NCBI GenBank assembly: GCA_965644265.1 | Contig: OZ286477.1 | Coordinates: 27,094,001 to 27,158,000, forward strand | Length of the DNA stretch: 64,000 nt | DNA from: Glycera tridactyla | Taxonomy: Eukaryota | Direction: 5' to 3' | In this document: positions 52,600 to 64,000 of the stretch, one piece after another | Layout of the letters: each line of letters begins with the position of its first letter | How positions within the stretch are numbered: the first letter of the stretch is position 1 | Notes under the pieces: model-generated | What the model saw: the letters and a program-made list of their open reading frames with translations, nothing else | Told to the model about the DNA's origin: nothing | Databases searched by the model: none | Program-made: the position numbers and the translations under genes

Positions 52600-52920
52600 C
52601 ACACAAACGCCACGTCAGCGAGTGGTTAAGCCCGAACACGTACAGAACAAATGAATCTCGCGTGTGACGAACCGGGTGGGAAGGACAGCACCGCCGTTTA
52701 CATCATAGCACCAGTTGAAATATGAAGAAGAAGAAGAAGAAGAAGAAGGTGATGGCGGTTGCGGCGACCGAATCGCGTCAGTTTCGCCGCACGAGCGCTA
52801 CTGTGCTCACTGGCAGACCAGGCTGGGCGAGAAGTGGCGGCCATTTTGATTTTATAAACTGATGCCTGAGCTGAAGACAGCGCGAGCTAGGCGCGAGAGA
52901 GAAAGCTAACCCCGGCAATA
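52600..52920 (-). promoter_or_regulatory. CpG-rich promoter / first-exon candidate
   Basis: YY1-like CAAAATGGCCGCC on the minus strand (52836-52848), (GAA)8 tract, minus-strand gtgagc donors near 52790 and 52602. Confidence 0.5.
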
Positions 52921-53742
52921 TCACTCGCCTATTCGCCAGTACTTTATCATCGCCACTCCACGCTTTCTCTGATACCTTCCACGATATTTCCCTCACGATT
53001 TTTAGCAATTTATCTTGCCCAGCATTATATAGTATTCTTCATCAGGCATGACGCTCAATACACAAGAAAATACCCTGGTCTCTCCTATTACACAGCTTTG
53101 ATCTAGTGTCTTTTGCACAAATGCCAACTATTATAATTCTGATGTAGCGATTACACTTTTCGGGCCAAAATTCTGGCATTTCATGTACTTCATCACTTGA
53201 AAAAATTCCAACCCTCCACATTTGAGCATTGCAAATACAGTCATCATTACTCTTAGAAATTCCCATCGTCACCGCTTTTGGAGTCAACCCCTCAAATCGC
53301 CTATTCCAAATTGGCATGAACAACAGGTCAGATAATGAAGAAATACCATTAAATTCCATCTTTTCGATGTTTTTAGTCCATTTTGTATTTCGGGGTTCAT
53401 GAGTCTTATTTCGATGAAGATGGTACAAATGAGTATGGATGTGTATCATTCAACCCTTGTCATATCCTTTTTGGTATGCCTGTCTTCCTGCCTGTCTGCC
53501 TATTTGCCTACCTATCTGTATGTCTGCCAGGCAGGATCTGTCTCAGTGGCTGTCGGGCTCTGGTTCTGGCTCTGGTTCTAGCTCTGTCTCTCTGTATTTC
53601 GTTCCATACGATCTCATATCTGACTTGACAAGACATGACAAACTCACAGGAAAGTCATGTCTCTGGATACCGAATGGGATTCGGTGTCTTTCTTGTGGCA
53701 GACAGACAAGATGAATCGAATACATACACATCCCTTTCATAG

Positions 53743-53871
53743 GTCTGATATATACAGAGACGTAAAGCAAACAGGCCACACAGAGAAGGGTTTAGGGCAA
53801 ACAATTGGGCAATCCCCACTTGGGTCATCTCTCAACCGAACATTTCCCCGAATAAATAAAGATGTTTCTTG
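53743..53871 (+). CDS. Candidate symmetric exon, unknown protein
   Basis: Acceptor ccctttcatag, donor TTG|gtgagt, 129 nt, phase 2-2; frame SDIYRDVKQTGHTEKGLGQTIGQSPLGSSLNRTFPRINKDVS. Confidence 0.3.
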
Positions 53872-55419
53872 GTGAGTTTGATTCATGACCTTTGAGAAGG
53901 CATCTTGTACCTCCTGATACCTACTGGCAGGTCCCATCCGCATTTATTATATGTCAACACACATAGCCAACCCCTCTATAGCTGACCCGTTAATGCATTA
54001 GCCTTTGAAATGTCCGCCCGTCGCCATTCAAAGCATCGCCTTTTCACCTCACCCTACCTGTGATGAAACTGGGAGATCCTGACTATGCTTCTATTGATAG
54101 GTGCTGGCTGGCCATCACTATATATATATACATATTGATGGTCAAGACAACACCTATTGATGGGGTCACAGTTGTTTCAATAGTGGCAACCCGGATATAT
54201 TTTCAAAAAAAAATTATCGAAATTTGAATAAACATCTAAGCAATACCATGCATCTATGGGACTAGGAAATCTCACTGACATTCGTATGCAGTCCCAGCCG
54301 GAATATGTTTTCAGCGCTGAATATTTTCTATCCCGCTCAGGGTTTGAAAATTTCCCCTCAGGATTCGAATATTCAAACAAGACCACTCGGAATTCTCTGC
54401 AGCTGCAGGACGGCAGGGCATCAAGAATCCAGGACAAATATGAAGTGACTATGTCCAATCACCTTTCAGATTTTTCAAAATGGTCTGAATCTGTTTTTTG
54501 TCGAACTGTCATGATCCGACTAATCAACCTCCCCCCCCCCCAAAAAAAAATAAATAAAATCAGTTTAAGCTTGTTCAGGTTTATGTATATATATATATCA
54601 GCTATCATTGCCGCAATTTGCGTATTTTATTCGAACTCTCGTGATCTAGTATTCATAGATGACATATGTGCGAAGTTATACCTAATTTACAATTGATCAG
54701 TTGGCAAGCCTGGGGTTTGCTATGTTGACATGCATATCACCTAAGTCAATACCCCATGACAAATCACCGTGGGAGATTATGCACCGGAGGAAAACATATA
54801 TCTATCGAATGCTGGTAACGAGTGGGATTCGGCATATATTCAGCTAAAGAGTGAATCGATGAGAGAGTTTCATCGTAGTCATACTGACATTGATTCGTTG
54901 ATGGAGAAAGTTTTGCTGATGACTGATAAATATTTGCGAATATCCCACTTGGCATGCCTGATCGACGTTATGAATAATGCATTGAGAGGAAAAAATGTAT
55001 TCTTGGTGTGATGTGTTGCAGCGAGTACGGTGTGTGGATGATCGAGTGAGAGGGTGGGTGGGTGGGTGGAGTGAGGATAGGTNNNNNNNNNNNNNNNNNN
55101 NNNNNNNNNNNNNNNNNNNNNNNNNNNNNNNNNNNNNNNNNNNNNNNNNNNNNNNNNNNNNNNNNNNNNNNNNNNNNNNNNNNNNNNNNNNNNNNNNNNN
55201 NNNNNNNNNNNNNNNNNNNNNNNNNNNNNNNTGACACCGGTAACACCACTAGCAACAGCACAAACACCAAAAGGAAGAGAAGGAAAATCCAGTAAAATTC
55301 TAAATGATTCTGGGTTCGGTTTGAACACTTTCACAACCATGGCCTTTGCCTATATAAGGGGGCAGGGTCTGGTGGAATTCGGTTGCCTTTGAGGAAAAAT
55401 AAGTTTCAGTGCAGTGACC

Positions 55420-55570
55420 TCATTGACAACGACATCAGCATCGCCACTACCAGTACCACCACCAACACATTCAACAACAACAGCAACAACAACAACATCA
55501 ACATCAGCAACACCATCAATAAAACCATCAACACCTCCAGCAACTGCAACAGCATCAACAACAAATTAGC
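55420..55570. repeat. (CAA/CAT/CAG)n low-complexity tract
   Basis: Direct reading. Confidence 0.9.
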
Positions 55571-58500
55571 GGTAACAATAACAACTTTCCTGAACAGGAT
55601 GAGTTCAAGAGCGAAGTTGTATTGGGGAACATTGGTGCAATGTGTGCAGTATATATGAAAGCAGGAATGTACTGGAGTTTACTGTGTCAGATAGACAGGA
55701 GCTGTGTGAGTGGTAACTACATAAATCATGGGAGGTCTGCCTTGTGTATTTTGCTGGGTCAACTATCAGCGGTAGGATTTTATAGCCTGTATCTGTGCCA
55801 GGGGGAACGCTTGGTACTCTAGCACACATAGTAGGGGTTGGCTCCGTAGCCAAGAAATCTTTCAGTTACTTGCTGTATTCTGGCATGCTATTACTCACAC
55901 GTTTCTAGGGCAACCGCCTAGCTGATGGTTGGGATCAGTATGTGTCATATTGACCCCACTCTTCCACTAAAAACCTCTGAAAGGGAGAAAGGCATCACAA
56001 TATTGGAGAAACGTCAGTCATAATGGCTGACAAGCATAAGCACTTAGATGGGTTGGAGCGTGATAGTTCTATAGACTACAGAGTTATTGACCCAGTGACC
56101 TACTTCTAGTGGGGTTATTTGCAGTTATCATCCGGGTTTGGCCTCCCACATTGCTCCACATATGTACTTCAGTGATGAATGTTCTCCACACATTTATATA
56201 ATTTCATGTTTTCCGCTTACAATTTACTGTAAGTTGAAATTTTAAACCGTCTAAAAGTCGCCAGTTTCGTTAGAGGCTATTCATGGTATCGTCCTGGTAT
56301 TTCCTCTTTGAAATCGATCCATTAGGTTTTCAGGAAATCCCAACAGATTTGACTGAAAACATGATCTCTATCACAATAGAGGAGCCATTTATATTGACAT
56401 ACCAGATATTTCCATCAGCAAATTTATAGAGTTCAATTTGTGGCCATGATTTCAATCAAAATCGCATCATCATCCACATGATTTATGTGACATGTTTGAT
56501 TCAAACCACAGATAAGCTGAGATCTCTAACGGGATTGACTTTCCAAATAGCCGTTATTGTAACGGAAATCAGATACCAAAAGGATATATTGAACCCTAAC
56601 CATCTGTTCAGAGGTCAAAATGCATGTCAAACCATATGCTCGGATATTTCCCTCTACATCTTCTGATGTGTCCTTCCTCTTGTTATTTATTATTTCTCAA
56701 TGAATGGAGGGCGTTACACTGGGATTGCCGCAAAGTAGTCAAAGAAGATGACTTAGACAAAAATTTGTTCACCTAATTTAGCCAGCAGTTCGTCGCCTCC
56801 ACCTCACCATTGAAGTCATGTAACTGAGAATCTCACCAGGGTGCTATTCATCAGGATTCGAGAATCGAAAAAGAGGAAATACTCTTGAATATTCATATAC
56901 TCTGCTTGGCAGATTTAGGCAGTATAGAAACATAGGTTTAAGAGATAGTGAAACGAAGGCTGAGACATAGCGTCATTCGTTTCCAAATGTTCTTTCTAGA
57001 ATTGATATCATTGATATCTGACTCACAGGTCGAAGGTTGGAGATCGGCAGCTGGTTTTGCAATGTAAACCCAGCTGCCTGCAAAATAACATGCTCCAGCT
57101 ATTGATGAGACTATTTCTATGCATGGAAATGATAATGCCCCACTGGCACCTCAGAGAAACTATGCATCATTGTTAACCATCACAATGCCGAATTCCCTCT
57201 AGCAACTGCCGTCACATCCAATACAGGAAGACAATATATATTCGTATGTGATTGACGTATACGAATTATTTCACGAAACATTGGCACTAATTTCCAACTC
57301 GTACTTTGTATATACTACGAAAAATTGAATCTTTTTAAATGCTGAAGCTCTACTGTATATCCATTATGAAATTAGAGTAATACTTTTTTATATTTGTAAT
57401 ATTGCGATCCACACATGACATCATACGATGACATTCCAGACATTTCATAATTGTTCATGGTCCTGATCGAATCCATCATCGGGAGAAGGTGTCATCAACT
57501 GTCCCTACCTTCCTCAAATGCTGAAATTACAGGGATGTCAAATATTACGATTTTGCAGGATGGATCTCCCTTCAGAGCCCCAACTTGGCATTTTACCATT
57601 GCTCCGGAAAAATCTTTCTCCTCTCATTTGATCATTGCAGAAACTGCTTTCACTAATATTCTTGGAAATTGACATGGTTATTCATTTCGGTCAACCTAAG
57701 TAAGTGTCATTGATACGGGGAAAAGGTGAAAAGAAATTGCAAGGAGAGGAATTCGAGGTGGGGAGAGTTAGAGCATCTAAACATTGCATGGGTCTGCATG
57801 AGTCAGTACCCCTATGATCCCGCCACGCTCTCTCTCGCTGTATCTAAGAATGTATTGTTATGAGACATTTGGGGACCGTAGTATGCGTGTCATAGACACG
57901 CGCTAAAGATAGATGAACTGAGAGCACATTCACGTTGCCCCTAAACACCTTCACATAATGGTGACTGCCACCTTCATCCTGCCTATAATTTGAATTACAT
58001 TTTCCTATGTCACGATCAGCTTCTGCCACGAAAATACGACCACCCTCATCCAGATTCAAGCGCTAAAGAGATTCTATTCTAATTGCCAATATATATTTCG
58101 AGCCAGATAGAATATAGAAACGAAAAAAATTAAGATAGGCATGTAAGTTCCGCATGATCATCTCAAAAACGACCATGATTACGCTCGGAAATTTACGATG
58201 TTTAAGATATGCAAACTGCTTACGAAGCAAATCTTGACATCACTCCATTGTTCAAAACTGTAACAAGTTCTATTTCGTTGGCAATAGATTGACATTCCTG
58301 ATCTTTGGATACTTCGAACTCATAGCATCTTTTGTGTCCACAAATGTCGCTATAGATATTTTCTCCGGTCATATGTTAATTGGAGATTAATAAAGTCAAT
58401 AATTAACTACTAATAATGACAGTCTACGATCTAGAAACGTTGGAGAATAACCATTGGAACTTAGTGCATGCATATAGCTGAACTATCTCTCTGTCTTAGT

Positions 58501-58660
58501 GCAGGGTAAGTTGTATACTTTAGACATATACTGGACTCTTGTAGTTAATTTCTCTTGACATTTGTAAATTGACCAAGGTTGAAGACAGCCTGGGATCTGG
58601 ATAAGTTGAGAAATGACCGTTGTCAGCGAGCAAATATCGATAAATAATCCTTCCAATTAC

Positions 58661-58706
58661 CCCAGTGGTCGTTCGTCTTCTTTCCCTGACTCCATGGTGA
58701 TGGCAT
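58661..58706 (-). CDS. Candidate start-codon exon
   Basis: Acceptor ttccttctgcctttag, good Kozak context ACCATGG (ATG at 58695), donor GG|gtaatt; MESGKEDERPLG. Confidence 0.25.
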
Positions 58707-59949
58707 CTAAAGGCAGAAGGAATCTACTTTATTTGCCTCGCCAAGCAGAAAGCACGTCCACCAATGACACAAACAAATACGAGCAAACCTTTGAACAATG
58801 CCTGCCTCTTCATCATGTTTGGGTATAAATTATATTTTTTTCTTCTGCGCTCATCTTTCATGTGTTAGTCGACGCTTGGACCGTCATGCATCTCGGTAGA
58901 ATTATGTGATAACCTGGCACAGGTTTTCTGTCTTCAGAAAGATGGACCGGAGAACTTGTCTCTACTTTATCATGACAATATGTGTGGAGAAGAGAAACCA
59001 CCAATGGCGGCCATCCTTCTGGCTAACATCCTGAATTTCCATGGATTCTATTATGTGATTATTTTTCATATCACGCTCAAATATGTTCCAAGTCAATTAG
59101 GATCAACTGGAACTTAATATTCACCATCCCCCTTTTTATTATCACAAACATGGAATATTCGATCTGATGATATCACTGCCTCTGGCAATCAGTCAGTTCT
59201 GTCATGAGATCAGTGTACATACCTGTATTAGTAGTATATACCGGTTATTCATTGATTGTATATATTATAGCAACCAATTTCGTACTGAAATTAAGCGAAA
59301 AATAGAGTAAAATATGACCAAACAAAACATTCATTTCAAGTTAATTCTATACCTAAGTTAACCCATAGTGACATTGCCAAAGCAAATAACTTGGAGTCAC
59401 ATAACAAATCATCCAAATTTATCGCCAAACCCAGAATTGACATATATGATTTGATTATTTGAATTTTCCCCAATGCATCACACGAACATGTGACAATCAT
59501 CAAAAGCATTGTAGTGCATAGCATTCATGATATCCATCTAATTCGTATTTCTGAAGTCTCGAATTATATTCTGTTGATTTCAAAAAGAAAGGTAAAAGGC
59601 ATGCATTGAATGTTCAGTGACCGGGGCTGGTGGTCCCGATTTCGATAATGGGGCCAAGCGAGCAACCCTTTCTTACACCCTCCCAGCTTTGACTGGCACC
59701 TGTGATGACATCGATCGAATTGGGGTAGAGCTCCCAGAGGAAAGTCGCAACGGTCAGCACCAGCATTTTTTCCCGCTTATCCATTCTTCACACCGATCGA
59801 TAAATGTCGTTTGTATCCCATGGATGTTGTTCCAGAGGATTGTTGGCATGCCAGCGTACAAGGTGAGCGCAGGTCCAGTTTAATTGTGTACCTACACCGT
59901 TCAATTTCGGCGCATTCGTTGCGTTTGCAAGGAGAAATCTTACACGGTG

Positions 59950-60240
59950 GAACACCTTAATGGCGGCCGGCGCATTCGAGCTGCCTGTCAAGTCTCCCCA
60001 TTATCGCCCGCCATTTTGTTGTATACCCGATACTCCCATAGATTCATCCACGAATTAACACCCCATCCTCGTACATTCGATCCCCTTCAACCAATCCTGC
60101 ATGTCCACATTATCCATATGTATATTTGTATGCTATCCATTCCGCTCGTAGTCTAGATTTCCATGCATTTTCGCTCGATAAATGCCAGCTCCTTCGGCTA
60201 GAAAGGCGCGAAATGTGATAGATTGCAAATGGCGGCTGTT
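59950..60240. promoter_or_regulatory. Bidirectional CpG-rich promoter candidate
   Basis: Divergent YY1-like motifs: minus CAAAATGGCGGGC (60006-60018), plus CAAATGGCGGC (60226-60236). Confidence 0.45.
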
Positions 60241-61254
60241 TTTCTAGCAAGCTCGAAATGTTTCGGATATCTCTCTCTCTGTCTTCCTTCCGTATATGCT
60301 AGGAAAGATGGGGAGCATCTCCAAATGTGTTGATAGGGAGAGGGATGTATGCTAGTATGGATCCATGCAAATTGTTCCAACTGCTCTGAAATGTACCTGC
60401 CTACTGAACAGAATGCAGTAAACAATGATTTTTGTTCATTGATCTAATTCAGCATCGATCTGTTCTGTCACAAGGCTGCTTCCTCATATACTATATGCTT
60501 CAGCAAAAGGAAAGAAAAAAACGAATAACCTCAAGGGAAGCAGATCTAGGTCGGAAGGGTGAAGACACCAGCTTCATTTCAGATTCCTCAAACTCAAATT
60601 GCAGATAGATTCAATTTGTTATTTTGATTGGAGATGTATTCACCCGTTTCAGGTCTTATGGTTAAGGTTCGGATACTGTACATATGATAACAAGAAGCAA
60701 CAATTGGAACAAAATTCCTATCCTACCCCATGCAACTTGCCATGGAATATCATCTGAAAAAATTAGAACACTTCAGTGTTAATTATTGATTGAAATAATC
60801 GAACTGGTGGTGTGAGAAAAATCCTCGATTTTTTTTTACCTAATAATTTGCCTCCGTGTATATCTGTCTACCCGTTGTATGTCGACTTATTGATTATTGT
60901 ATTTGTGTCAGAGACTGTCTGTTCACTCCAGAATGAATGGAATCCACTATATTTTCACCATTTGAAAGAGCCAAAAAAACAAAACAAAGGAAACAATTTA
61001 ACTCTCTGGGGGTGATGCTGTTTCCATGGTACGCTTACGTCTCTTGACATTTCACCAAAATTCATATAAGAGCAGTGATGTGTAATTGTGTCACATGTGA
61101 GTTAGAAAAAGACAGATGATGAGCAGATTACACATTATTGTTTTAAAGTGGAAATCTGCCACCCTTTGGGTACTCAGAAATTTGGACAGTAGACATGATG
61201 TACAACTGACAGGGAACGTGTGGAATTTCTGCATTATGGGGAAACTGAATTTCA

Positions 61255-61430
61255 TTATTTCGTTCAGAATTTCATCGTTATTCCTGTGCAGAAATCCACC
61301 TGATTTTTTTACACACGAATCATCAACTCGCTCCGATGATTTCGTTGGAATTGTTCCAATTTTTTTCGTTCGGAATATCATCCTTATTTTTGTACCGAAA
61401 TCCACCTGGTGTTGTGCACACTAATCATTA
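61255..61430. repeat. Degenerate tandem duplication, period about 106 bp
   Basis: GAAATCCACCTG at 61291 and 61397, with matching TTTCGTTC.GAAT.TCATC.TTATT upstream of each. Confidence 0.8.
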
Positions 61431-62089
61431 TTTGAATACCATCATTCCGTTTGAAATTTCTTCACGTAAATTGTGCCACATAAATCTTCCTAAATCTATC
61501 AAATTGTCGATAATAGCTATATCTGATGAGATTGTGACAAGATCACAGCAGCTGTCTGTCTCTTAGTTGCATATGTGCCACGAATGCAGGTGTTGATAAA
61601 GCAGAGGGCACTGGTTGGTAAATCTTGTTGTCAATCTATCCATCAATTGACAAAATTTGCAGAGGGTATTGACAGTCCAAACTGTGCCCAAGCATTATGC
61701 GTTACCAAATCCATCATTATTATCTCCCATCTTTGTTTAAATTCTTCTCGAATAGCAATCGATTACTCAAAACGGACTCAAAATGCCTCTTTCTTGCAGC
61801 TGCCGCTTATAATTTGTGTAACATCAGCAGTATTTTGAGTCATTGCTTTCATAGGTCAGCAATTATGGTCAGGTTAGTAGAGCAGTTTTCATATCGCGAG
61901 TAGAATTAGTAATAATTTCGGTTGGTTCCACATGACCCCTATTCAAAATATACTACTTTTTAACATGCAGGTCGTGGGTTTGTACCCCCCCCCCCAAAAA
62001 AAAAAATTCATCGAAATCCGGAGCTCCTCGGGGCATTTTCGTTTTAAATGTTGCACACTGCCTGTCGGAAAAGTTCCTGGTTCCTTGTA

Positions 62090-62243
62090 CAGTGATGTCA
62101 ATATTCCGAAATTGTCGGAATTCCGGAAATTGCAGCAATCTAGCTGGGCGTTCTAAATTGGGCACTTTTTAGAATGTGTGAGGGTGGAAGGTGAAAATCT
62201 AAATTTATTCTCGAAAATTTGGCTTCATCTCATGACATCACTA
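62090..62243. mobile_element. MITE, CAGTGATG-terminus family
   Basis: TIRs CAGTGATGTCA...TGACATCACTA; flanks CTTGTA/CTGATA (4/6 match). Confidence 0.7.
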
Positions 62244-63719
62244 CTGATATGTCAGACAAGACCTTCTTCAGTTTTAATACCTCTCTAAAATTCCTGAATT
62301 CTTGAAAATCATGAATTTGCTCAGGCCGGACTGAATACGACATCAATTTCTCTCTTTTTTTCAATTGGAAATCCGTCGTCAGCCTAGCAATCAATTCGTT
62401 TCGTTGCTCACCTACTAGTATGAAGGTTCTTTCTGATCCCAAATATATGTGGTTGTTGGAAGGTTGGAATTGACTCATGAGCAAGGGAATCGGGAGCACT
62501 CAGTAAATGGAGGGACAGCTTTCCATTGAATAATGAATGACAATTGCTTCTTGTAGATCCCAAGTCAAATTATGTCGTTCTCTCCCCATTGTTTGGAAGT
62601 GTCCTTTCCAATTTACCAGAATTATCCTCACATGATGAATAAATTCACTGACCAACCCGAGATATCTGTCTCAACTGAGGCGGAGAAAGTCACACCCAAT
62701 TTCAGACATGTTGCTGATGTATGGCTCACCCAGGAGTGTGTCTGTTCATAAATAATTTAAGATAACGGTGCACGTTGTCCACTATATTTGTTAAATTCGA
62801 CTGATTGGATCTGTGTCGTTTGGGGAGTTTTAGTTGTGCATGTGTGAATTACACGCCATGGCAATCTTGTCCCCTCAGTACAAACTCCCATCTCTCACAC
62901 ACGCACAGACACACTTTCTCACCCGAAGCGAAAAGCATCAACTTTGCAAAATTCCGTCCAATCATTGAGAAAATCATAGATGCCAGAAAATTCAGAATTT
63001 GAAATTTTTTTCACAAAAATTTAAAATTTAACCTGGCTGAGAATTTCAAGAATAGTACTTTTGATAAGGGGTTCCTGGGATTGCTTGACCATATTTTCGA
63101 GAAATTTGCTTCATTGGCATCATCAAAAAAGAGTATGCGGAACAGGCATCAAAACTATCAACAAACATAGAATGTATACTACAGCTATTTTCAGTGGATT
63201 TCAAAATAATTCTAGCAGGAATACTCTCTAATAAATACCTTTATTTCTTCAAAGGCAACTCAGATGCTTGTTTATCCGTCAGTGTTTCCGGAAGCATTTT
63301 CAGAGAATTTTGTTCCAAAACATCATTTTCGAGTCAACAACATATGAATATGTAAATATATATCATATATTTTTTCGTCTACTTTACTGACATCACCTTA
63401 TCTAATGTGCAGAATTTCTGTACATGACTTATATGTGAGTAATGACCTCGTGGGCAGAAGGTTGCAGGTGATATATGTGTAGATATATCTCATGACAAGA
63501 TGTTTGAAAGAACCTAGATCCTAACAACATATCAGGATTTGTCGGATAAAACTTGTACAGACAGGTATTTTACATAAAACATATTTCAAGCTATACATAT
63601 GACTTGCTCCGTGATGAAGTTGCTTATGGTCAAGATTAAGATATAGACGCGATTTGTATCAGCTGATCCCCATGTTTTGTATAACTTGTCAATGTGGCAT
63701 TGATATGTCGAGACAAAGT

Positions 63720-63830
63720 GGGTGGCGCTGATGAAATTGCACGCACACGTGGCGTCATTGTAATGACGTCACGACGTTGAACGTGTTCATCTACGTAAAC
63801 GAAATGGTCATGTCATGGCGTCCTGAGTGT
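63720..63830. promoter_or_regulatory. CRE/E-box cluster
   Basis: CACGTG, TGACGTCA and further ACGT cores within about 60 bp. Confidence 0.3.
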
Positions 63831-64000
63831 CACCACGCAAATGTCTCGTTCCACTTTCTTGCTTGTCTAATTCCATTCTCTCCACTTTTATTTATCACCA
63901 GTGTGTTTCCATGCCCACAGGACTGACCCGTTGACCACAGTGTGGCCAAACTAACCCACTCTCCAACGAATCCAGTTCACACCATATCCACCAAAGTAGG

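Noticed and set aside
54256-55011. 146-aa and 80-aa plus-strand ORFs
   Set aside because: No family motif recognised and splice support is ambiguous; not enough to call CDS.
2054-55231. Twelve N runs as assembly gaps or hidden elements
   Set aside because: Lengths vary (about 130-240 nt) and most abut simple repeats, so they look like low-complexity masking; the content cannot be assessed.
59617-59863. Open segment ending in a strong donor (CAAG|gtgagc)
   Set aside because: Two alternative readings, no convincing downstream in-phase exon, and no recognisable homology.

Overview
Gene-poor, repeat-rich eukaryotic (animal) DNA. A marine invertebrate such as a lophotrochozoan is my inference from the microsatellite types, the MITE/SINE content and the CTCF/YY1-like motifs. 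No ORF in the track matches a protein family I can name with confidence; the longest ORFs are mostly microsatellite or masked-repeat artefacts. There is no sign of operons, CRISPR, rRNA or intact tRNA. Best supported: (i) a MITE family with CAGTGATG-like termini and 6-bp target-site duplications; (ii) Tc1/mariner-type MITEs with TA TSDs, one carrying a nested 5'-truncated SINE with a 16-bp TSD; (iii) 61-bp and 42-bp minisatellites and many microsatellites, with N runs beside them that look like masking; (iv) several CpG-rich promoter-like islands with YY1, CCAAT, E-box and CTCF motifs. A few short GT-AG-bounded candidate exons are listed at low confidence. I found no convincing new biological system; the findings below are leads, not discoveries.
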